Both the position numbers and the translations under genes were made by a program. Of a DNA stretch of 64,000 nt, positions 40,301 to 48,870 are shown piece after piece. Origin of the DNA: Fimbriosthenelais zetlandica (lineage: Eukaryota); contig OZ365115.1 of the NCBI GenBank assembly GCA_977030845.1, positions 5,952,001 to 6,016,000 on the forward strand, read 5' to 3'. Positions within the stretch are counted from its first letter, which is position 1; each line of letters starts with the position of its first letter. Below the pieces are notes generated by a model. It was given only the letters and a program-made list of their open reading frames with translations, was not told the origin of the DNA and made no database searches.

Positions 40301-43300
40301 GACATCCCAACATAAAGATCTGTTGTTGTAGAGTCATTACGAACTGGCCTTGTCGTCTTATCATAGTAACGATCCCTTAACAACTTCCGCTTAATCTGGT
40401 ACTCAAATGAGTAGTCTTTTTGCCGGTATCTTCGACTATCGCCGGTTGTCACTTTCATATCCTTGCGCTTTTTGCCACGTTTAGTCCGACTTAGCAGGGA
40501 CTCACTATCATCCTCCTCATCCTGGGACACAGGGGCATGATCAAGTATAGTGTACTCGGTTCCGTTAATTTCTATAATATTTTCTGATGTGTAGGTGACC
40601 ACAGTCGGTGTGGGGGTCACAACTTCCGGCCTCCTGCCATCACCTTGCGGTACAGTAGTGCCCTCTGTGGGCTCTTGTCTGAAGTCTTTGCCGGAAGTGA
40701 CGTGAAGGTCATTGTATGGGGATTTCCGCTGGACGTCTTTTGTAGGAACAGGCTGGTGAGCCTTGCTGAAGGGCGTCGAGCTTGGGGCTGGGGTCCGCCG
40801 GAGGTAGTGGCGAGTGGGTAGTGGTTGCTTGGGTGCCTTTGTGCCTTCAGGTGATGGGGTGGTTGTTTCGGGCATTTTACTCGGTGGTAATGTGGTTGAA
40901 TGGAGATCACTTGAAACACCCGATACTGAAAGAAAACAGAAGTGAGAGGTCTCATGAGACGCAGGTTCATCTGTCATGCAATATTAAATGTGCGTAGGGA
41001 CAAATCTGCTGGAGTTTCAGCTGAAAGAATAGTTTGGTATTATAAAAAGTTCAAAGAATAGCTTGTGCTATACCAGTATTGAAAGAACATGCAGCACACA
41101 AGTAGCCTACAAAAGACAGATCATGGACAACCAAAGAAAGTCCTCCTCCAATGACAAATCTATAAGGCAAAGTCAGAAACAGAATTATGTGACTCAATGC
41201 GTGGGGATGAATGGATAAAATCCCAAAAGCAAAGCGAAGTTAATTTCTAGCAAAATTCAACCTGCTGAAGAAGAGAGCAGATAAAAATAAGTTTAAGGAT
41301 CCACCATGGATTATAATGATGATGTAAATTATCATTACATTCATGATGTAATTGTCAGCTCTACAGTTTTTTTAATGCTGATCATGTCACTCAGTAGCCT
41401 GCTCAACACTTTCCACCACCTCATTAATTCTGATACCAACACAAACTTTTTTCTGGCAATTCTTTGGCACACTACACATTGGCAAGTTCTCCTGAAAATA
41501 ATCTCTATGATGTATGGGATATTTTCGTGACTGTGATTGAAGATTCCGATTTCTAGTTCACCATGTTTGATATAATACATATTATGCATTCTGTTCCAGT
41601 GGTGTCCTCCTTAAAAGACACTGATAGAGAAAACCATTTCTCCACTGATAAAAGAAAAGGAAAATGGATGGGAAGAGTTTAGTATATACATGTATAGGCT
41701 ACCCTCTTAGGACTGAATGATGGGCAAAAGTTTGATCTACATCACATGAATCCTAGTTACCGTCCACCCCGTGCCCCGGTAGGCTTTATGGATCCTCAAT
41801 CATCACTTATACATTAAAGATGAAGAATTCCCTGTCACTATCTGACGAAAAGATGTTTTAAACCCACCACTAGAAACTATAGCCTGGGTCGATTAATTCG
41901 CCAACAAATCGATTAAAGCCGGCTATTTGAGCAGCCATGTCTCTGGGGACCCTATTCTCCACGCGCCGCTTACCGGAAGACGATGTAGCTACATCCGGGA
42001 CATGACGATGGTGCTCAATGATATGCGCTAACCTTTGAACCACATCACTTTAGAGGCAGACTATGGTTCACTGGAGCATATCGCAGCTGTCGGCAGAGAT
42101 CAAAAGAAGCCAAGGGAGGCGATAGATCATCGCTGTCAGCATCAAGTTTTGACACTGTTTCATATCCATCTACCCATTCAGAAAGTTTGTCCCTCGCAGA
42201 CAAAGACTGTCCAATCTTGCATTTTTTTGGAATGGGCAAGGCCTAATATTAAATATTTCTCTTGGTATTTATCTTTAATGACATTATCGTATTGCAAAAG
42301 GAACATCATCTTTTTCTTCTGAGGACTTGCATTAATGTTTTAATTCGGCTAAATGAAACCTAGAGGGAGACCTACAGGAACACAATATTTGGTCTGAAAT
42401 TAATGAATAAAGGTTTTGTATGCTTGGCATTCATAAAATGCCATAGGGCCCTTGCCTGATGGAATCAATTATGTAAATGTGCGTAACAATATGTATGCAT
42501 GAAAAATAATCTTGTAAGCGAGTTTTTGACCTCCGAACCTTATGTAAAACTTCATCAAGTCTTTTGTAAAAGCTTTGCAGGGGGACAACTGAGAGACTTA
42601 CTTTCTATGGGGAAATATGAGATGTAGCATTGTGCAATGTGCGGAATCTTATAATAAATGTCTTATAAGCTTCGTTGATTAGCTTTACAGCAAGCTATGG
42701 CCCAACTTTTCCTTCATGGAAAGATTATCATATTGATATTGCCATCATTTCCGCCGCTGGGTTGTTTGCTCAAATTGAAATGTCCTTTTCACCTGAGGCA
42801 TTGAGAGGAAGATATTCGCCATGTGAAATTATGAAATGGATGCAAGAATCAAGACGGAATGAAAGTTAGGCTACATGTCCTTTCTCTGAAATATGAAAAG
42901 TATTGGGGAATAGATATTTCTGACACCGAAATTACTTCATTCATAACGATAGATCTCATTGCCTTTAGGCTTAAGGAGGTTTTCTTACTTTTCCCAAAAT
43001 TGATTAACTTTTAATCTGTTTTGAATAAAGAAGATGGATGATGGAACATGGTAGCACGAATCTGCGCTTAAAAGTATGGTAAAGGTGTGATAAATTGATA
43101 TTTCCATAAACAATTTTTGCAAGGTGATCAGTATATTGTTTGTGGGATATTCTAGTCCTACAGTAGCATGCAAATCATATTCCTATTATTTATCGTCATA
43201 TTCACCCCATAATGTTCAAAGGCAGCAATCATTCCGGGCACATATCCACCCACTACCAACCTTCATACCTCCACCAATACACCAGTCCCCTCCCCAGCCA

Positions 43301-43585
43301 GTCACGCCCCTGCCAACCTCTGTTGACAGGCTGCTGTTCTCAGCATTATTTTCTCTATTAATAATAGTCTTATCCTACTATTTAGGGAAGTATCAATCGA
43401 GAGTACAAAGGCAATGTTCAGAACACAAACAAGCATATAGCAAATCATTGTTTGATCAATCAATGATATTGATGAATCGCCTCGAAAAGCAAGGACTAAA
43501 TATTTCTACGTCAATTTATCCGTGTAATTTTACCTACAACTAATAGAAATATATGAAGGCAGGTGTTGGAGGTAATGGGGGACAT
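24944..43585 (-). CDS. Nicotinic acetylcholine receptor alpha-type subunit, alpha9/alpha10-like (pentameric Cys-loop cation channel), 6 coding exons, 614 aa, with an atypical N-terminal pro-/mucin-like extension
   Basis: Exons of 52+647+45+110+539+452 = 1845 nt form one open frame from ATG (43585) to TAG (24946-24944). All introns are GT-AG with phases 1,0,0,2,1. Hallmarks: signal peptide, W-x-PDI, 15-residue Cys-loop CTLDVRHFPFDRQKC, loop B SWT, loop C YACCIEPY (vicinal Cys, alpha type), M1-M4, GEK before M2. The 45+110 nt and 539 nt exons match the CHRNA9 layout as I recall it (155 and 533 nt). Symbol left blank because orthology was not tested. Confidence 0.95.
25600..26138 (-). CDS. nAChR exon 5 (539 nt): Cys-loop, loops B and C, M1, M2, M2-M3 linker
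   Basis: Acceptor CTTATTTTTCAG|T (26139/26138), donor TTA G|GTGAGT (25600/25599). Cys-loop codons 26041-25997, vicinal TGT TGT 25846-25841, M2 about 25705-25637. Confidence 0.97.
26930..27039 (-). CDS. nAChR exon 4 (110 nt, phase 0-2): RWEDEFLKWDPVKNGGVEHVWVPAMDIWRPDIFINN(F) (loop A)
   Basis: TTTCTTTTCAATTCCAG|AGA...AAC TT|GTGAGT. This is the conserved 110-nt nAChR exon with W-x-D-x-x-L-x-W-x-P and IW-x-PDI motifs. Confidence 0.95.
27659..27703 (-). CDS. nAChR exon 3 (45 nt, phase 0-0): NEKYQTLKALIAVRL (beta2, loop D)
   Basis: CTTTTTTGTCTTTTCAG|AAT...TTG|GTAAGT. It has the same length as, and aligns without gaps to, the conserved 45-nt DEKNQVLTTNIWLQM exon of CHRNA7. Confidence 0.93.
31636..31731. 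repeat. Small nested inverted repeat (foldback), possible MITE core
   Basis: ACACCCATC-GA-GATGGGTGT (31671-31690) is flanked almost symmetrically by GGAAGTGAGT (31636-31645) and ACTCACTTCC (31722-31731). Confidence 0.55.
35684..35931. promoter_or_regulatory. Candidate intronic promoter/enhancer: two CCAAT boxes and three CACGTG E-boxes
   Basis: AGCCAATCA (CCAAT 35687-35691), CACGTG 35726-35731, CCAAT 35827-35831, CACGTG 35863-35868 and 35926-35931, in a locally CpG-richer stretch. Motif evidence only. Confidence 0.35.
40279..40925 (-). CDS. nAChR exon 2 (647 nt): end of signal peptide, S/T/P-rich extension, RTKR site, helix alpha1 and beta1 of the ligand-binding domain
   Basis: Acceptor TTTTCTTTCAG|TA at 40926/40925, donor ACG|GTAAAA at 40279/40278. 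It ends in EYQIKRKLLRDRYYDKTTRPVRNDSTTTDLYVGMSLYHILDT, the canonical helix / RPV / beta1 segment of nAChRs. Confidence 0.9.
43534..43585 (-). CDS. nAChR exon 1 (coding part): start codon and signal peptide MSPITSNTCLHIFLLVV(V)
   Basis: Minus strand reads AAC ATG TCC...GTT GTA G|GTAAAA: A at -3, 52 nt, phase-1 donor matching the phase-1 acceptor of exon 2. The spliced product MSPITSNTCLHIFLLVVVSGVSS-DLH has a hydrophobic core and small residues at -3/-1. Confidence 0.75.
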
Positions 43586-45545
43586 GTTAATGAAATTTAA
43601 GGACTAAATTCACAGCTGGGAATTACGATGGTGCGGAGACGAAACCAAACTACAGAACATGATCGATTCCCGAACAGGTGGGCAATAGAACTTCATGCTT
43701 CGTGGTTGGTAGACAAGTCACTGCTACATTGAGTTCATTGAACTCTATTGGTTCACTGAACTGCTTTCGTTCATTTACATCTTACATCTTACATTTAGGC
43801 CTTATTGTTGTGTACCCCCTTTTATTAATTTTGTTGTTGAAAGTGACAAACAAAAGTTGTTACAAAGATGGCAAGGATGTTTACAAAAGTACATCAATTT
43901 GTATATTATATTGTCAATTTTGCTATAAGAAGTTGCAACAAGAACACCGGCACATCCTTTCGTGCAACAATAGGTCTTTAAGTGAGATGATCATGTTTCT
44001 CTCCTGGATGAATTCTATAATGTATACTGCAGCATTCTGCTCCTTTTATGTTGTCAGAAAGTGTTGTCACAGCTTTGAGGAATACAGAGATATCATATCT
44101 GAGTCAGACTGAGGGGTCACTGATATGGTGACAAGCAAAACATATCTTAATATCATATATGTGACACATAATTTGGACATTGTCCTTCTCCAACAGGGCT
44201 TTTACAGTGAAAAGAAAAGCCTGACTATGCTTTATGACCATAATTCCTTATCTAGTTTTCAACAATAAGGACACTTGATAGAATTATTACAAGATAGGGT
44301 TGTTTGCATAGCAGCTAAACATACGTCATTTAAAGCGTATGCTTGGATTAACCATTTCATCGTGAAAGCTCGAACAATGATGTTACCTACCAAGATCTGG
44401 CAACAATGGCAATGTTTTATTTTGAGAGTCAGGTATCACTGGCCATATTTTTATTTCCATGACAACCTTTCATAAATATGACAAGCTGGCTCAATGGCTG
44501 GTCGGATTCTATCACGCCAACTCGTATCCAATTAGGAAATTGATTACTGGCCGATCAGATAATCTGCTGATATGGGAAAGACATAGACAATCTCCACTAC
44601 CACTTATTTAAATACTGAGACAACGCTCACACTGTGGCCTTCATTAACCCTCAACCTATACCCGCTTCTCGTGTATTGCTCTCATTCCTTATATTCAATT
44701 CCTCCAAGGAAAGCAGCATCATTCATATTCATTTAATTAGCAATTGCCTACCAACTATTGCAGCAATTTGCTAATAAGTTCCCCACTGAGCTTTAAGGCA
44801 TGGAGGAATATATTATAGGAATCAGTCTTATATAATGTCATGAATATCAGTGGCTTAATGAAAGTCGGCATGATCCATTACAATAAAGGCATCGCGAGTT
44901 CCCTCGTCAAAGACGATAGGAATGATCAGGTAATGAAGGAAATCATGACAAACAAAATAATGAATATCCCTTAGTGAAGCTAAGAGCAAAGATACCGCCA
45001 GATACCTTTGATACTTAGTTCATCGCTTGTACTTTTCAGTCAACACAGCTTTTCCTATAATTATCTGTGTTGGAAAGGAGGGTTTCCTGCTTGTTAGAGG
45101 AAACGGCACATTCAACGGACATGTCTTCCAATTAGAGGGCGGTTTGTGTCGGTTTGGGGCCATGGCGTGACAACAGGCACATCCAGCAGGCACTGGCCAG
45201 CCGGACGGCTGCCAAGTCAGCCGCACTGCTGGTCCAACCACTGAAGCAAGGCATGTGGTGCGAGATACATGGAGTAGGTACTCAGGTCAGGAAGTTCATC
45301 AAGAACCATGTTATCAGCTAATCATCTGCCCGTTTCATACAAGAGGGCTATTTATCATCTTTAAACACAGGAGGTTAATAAAGATGAACAGCATGAAACT
45401 CAATCTACAAAGCACTGGGCATCTGAAAAAATATGTATCTTGGGTGTAAATGAGTGTTCATTGTTGCGATCTTAAACATTTCAAGTTAAATCTATTCCAG
45501 TAATTATTTAATTTCCGAGATATGATATTCATTGTATGATAGGGA

Positions 45546-45845
45546 GGGGAGTTAGCTCAGTTGGTTAGAGCGCCAGCTCATACAGGGTGATTGACTAATG
45601 ATCGAAGGGTCGGCGGTTCAATCCCCTGAGCTGTCCAAGGCATTTCCAATGCCTCCCTCCTCAGGGTGTTGGTGTACATATGTTCTAGAGCACATGCACC
45701 TAGAAATATCCATTGCACAGAAGGCAATGTAGCAATGCACATAGAAAGAGCCCCCAGCTGAAAACCATACGACAAACTTGAATCATCAAGAGTGTGAACT
45801 GGCATTCACCCATAACAGGCTCTATAAAAATTCTAACTAAAAAAA
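45546..45845 (+). mobile_element. tRNA-derived SINE (or tRNA pseudogene with 3' tail)
   Basis: Pol III A box TAGCTCAGTTGG (45553-45564), perfect D stem GCTC/GAGC, B box GGTTCAATCCC (45615-45625), partial acceptor-stem pairing to about 45637 and a broken T stem. About 200 nt of non-tRNA body follow, ending in an A-rich tail (CTATAAAAATTCTAACTAAAAAAAAC). Confidence 0.7.
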
Positions 45846-45954
45846 ACAATGCTTTTAAAATTATTAACTTCCAGCTGTCAATCCACATAATATGACTTTA
45901 ATTCCACGTATTTATATCTACATACTAAACGAAAGAGACATGATGGACGGACAG

Positions 45955-46840
45955 AATCATCCTCGAGTTAGTCTTAGTTTCCATCTCTTGAGTACTATCC
46001 TGGAACTTATATTTGAAACTAAATAATAATTCAATTTCCTTTGGAGTCTCGCGTGCGGAAGGCGAGCGTACGGAAACAGAAACGTAAAAATCCCTTGCAT
46101 GTATGACAAATGTAAAATCTCGAGTTGCTCACAAAATGGACGCAGTACCTTTTTATTCACCCTTTATCTTATGCCGGTCGACCTTGTTTTTATACTGCAA
46201 ATATCATTATTATATTACAAAGATCATTAAGCTCACTACATCTACGCATCAAAATGAAAGATATATGTAGACGATTAGGCATATACTAACAGATAAGCGT
46301 CAGTATAACATAATGTCATTTCTTTTGTACATTATGATGAGAAGATTAGTTACAAGCCCCTGGCATTGTGGCAAGCAGAGAGTAATTATTAAGTAACACC
46401 CGGCAACACGTGGCCCACATGTACTCATTACATAATATAATGAAATGCACCGAGTAGCCTACATATAACAGTACAAACCTACAAAGGGTAAGGAAATTAC
46501 CATTTAACATCATAATCAGTCATTATAGGGATCTCCAACCCAATTCCTGATTTGTGGGCCAGGTAGGCCTACCTCATCAGACACAAATATGCTATTGTTC
46601 TGTAAGTTGACGCCCCAGTGGAGACTTGATCAAGTTTGATCAACAGACATCAAGGACCGACATAATCATCCTCATGAAGAGTTACCGTGGTCTTAGTTTC
46701 TATCTGCTAAGTACTATCCTGGAACTCTTATATTTTGAAACAAAATAATAAGCCTAATTCAATTTCCTTTGGAGTTTTGTGCGCGGAAGGCGAAGTTACG
46801 GAAACAGAAAAGACAACTGCCAAGTTTGATCAAGTTTGAT
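45955..46840 (+). repeat. Pair of diverged direct repeats of about 130 bp (45955-46082 and 46664-46810)
   Basis: Shared blocks AATCATCCTC, GTCTTAGTTTC, AGTACTATCCTGGAACT, AATTCAATTTCCTTTGGAGT, GCGGAAGGCG and TACGGAAACAGAAA occur in the same order in both copies. Confidence 0.9.
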
Positions 46841-48429
46841 TCACTAAAATAGGCCTACATTGATAAAAAGGACTTTTTGAAAGGACTGGCCCATTATAGT
46901 TGTCTACAAACATTGTTCCACTCTAAGACGAATGTAGCCAGACAACTTTTTAGTAGGCTACCCGTGCTATGTTCTGGGATTAGACAGATAGTTTGACGAT
47001 TTGATACAAGGCAAATGAACGGCGCATTGCCATAAGATCTAAACGTTATGAGAGTAGGAGGGGGCCATGACAGTGTTAGGAGGCCTGGGTACATTTCATG
47101 TGGAGCAATTACTTTCATTAATAGCTCATTAACCTGCCTGATGAAACAGTCATCGCAGCAGTTCAGCTCCCATCTCCCCATCTCCACCATAGCAACACTA
47201 TAGTGGAGCAGTTCTAGTATCTTTGAGTGGTTGGGGTAATAGAGTGCTCGCCTATATTGGTACATGCATAAGGAATTAATGACAAGATCAGAGTATTCAC
47301 TCATCCATTATTTTACCAATGATAATATTCGAAGTTCAGCCAATATAATAGTATAGCTGAAAAAATTAGTTCATCAACGTGTCTACCATAGTTTCCAAGT
47401 TTCTATTTCACTTAATTACATTTTTACAGTGTATCGAGGTCCATGCATAATTTAATAGGATGGTTATTAACTTTGGTCCAAAATGTTTAGCATAGGTCGC
47501 ATGAATGTGGTGCATACATGTGTTGCATTATGAAAGTGCGGTTTCCTACGCATTGCATTCGTACGTAGATGAACTGGATCAACGTTCTTAGCCGTGGTAT
47601 AGACGGAACAGCATCAAGACAACTCGATGAACAGGTCAACTCAATTTTCTGCTTCAGACGTTTTACAACAATAGAGAAATCGTAAAAGCAATTCAAGACA
47701 TGGAACAATGTGTCATCAGATATTTTACTGATGTGTACCTTCTTCCTTTAAAAAATGCTTTCCTCACAGGAGTAGGCCTACATCAGACATAGGACAGTAT
47801 CTTGGATAGATAAACAAGGGCTAAAACTGAATTCATATATAAATCTCCAGCCATCTCCGAAACCACAGGATGGACACTCATAAAACAACATAAAACAGCG
47901 CCACTGTAACGTTTTTATTAATCTCGATTTCCAACCTTCTAGCCAAGGGGTTAACTGCTCGAGAATTTCTATCAAGAGATTGTGACCAAAAGGTATTAGC
48001 ACAGGCTGCTCCCTGGTAGCAAATGGGCAAAGTTAGCCATGCCGCCGTTGGGGGCAGACAGGCAATTGACACAGACTGTCAGAGGCAACTTGTACACAGC
48101 CCACCAGAGGCATTGGCGACTGTTGGATTAGAGGTCATTCTCTCAAGGCCAGGTTGGCTGGACATTACACGAAAACCGGTATCAGCCTGAAATGAGGATT
48201 CATATCCTTAGTAAAGAGATTGTCTTTTAGCTTAATTGTGATTAATGAATGCCATTTAATCAAAGCAAGCTAGAGCGAGCCTCCTCCAGTGGCTGCTACC
48301 TTGGGACCAGAGCAAGGAATGCATTTCATCCTCCTCAATAACTAAATGACTGAATCATCGCTTGATCCTCTAGTTGAACTTCGAACTATACATTAAAGCA
48401 ACAAAAAATAGCCCGTCTGCCGAATCAAA

Positions 48430-48870
48430 ATGGAACCTTGCGATTCAACAAATATGCACCAAAAAAGGAAAAAGTTTTACATAAAAACAAAACGAAATGA
48501 ATGGACTGGAACAGCAGAGGCAGGAAGTGGAGCTGCAGTTGAAAATGAAGTTGTTTACCCAGAGATAAAAGCTGAGGACATTTTGCCGTCTCCATACACG
48601 TTAATGCCTGCCCATTTACAGACCGCCTGCCTTTGATTGTTCAACCCTCCAGCACACTATTCACAGGGAAACACGGTTTGGAGCTCTGTCTCCATGAAAG
48701 ATATTCCTCTTCCAATTGGTAAAGTTTGATCCGAGATGAATCAAACAGATGCAGAGCACCAGCCAGTTCTGCTTACATTCCAGTCATTATTGAAATGTAG
48801 CCAAAATGAAACCGCGCTTGAATTTTCGGTGGTTTTTGAGCTGGTGTTCGTCTGGGTGGGCTGATGGTCT
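48430..48870 (+). mobile_element. Possible decayed hAT-superfamily transposase fragment
   Basis: One frame gives EDILPSPYTL (48574-48603), which resembles Hermes EELLPSPITL as I recall it. After one stop the same frame gives TVWSSVSMK (from 48673), resembling the hAT TTD-x-W-S/T segment without the catalytic Asp. No TIRs seen. Confidence 0.3.

Noticed and set aside
41941-42030. Strong GTAAGC donor at about 41973 (minus) as a candidate nAChR first exon; includes the 14-bp palindrome GATGTAGCTACATC (41982-41995)
   Set aside because: The phase-1 frame (…HVPDVATSSS) has no ATG before an upstream stop and is not hydrophobic. The 43585-43534 exon fits far better. The palindrome alone is uninformative.
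43678-44112. 144-aa + strand ORF upstream of the receptor start
   Set aside because: GTG start, AT-rich low-information composition, no motif.
45160-45320. LTR integrase zinc-finger-like phrase (KQGMWCEIHGVGTQVRKFIKNHVIS)
   Set aside because: The HHCC residues are missing and there are no flanking pol motifs.
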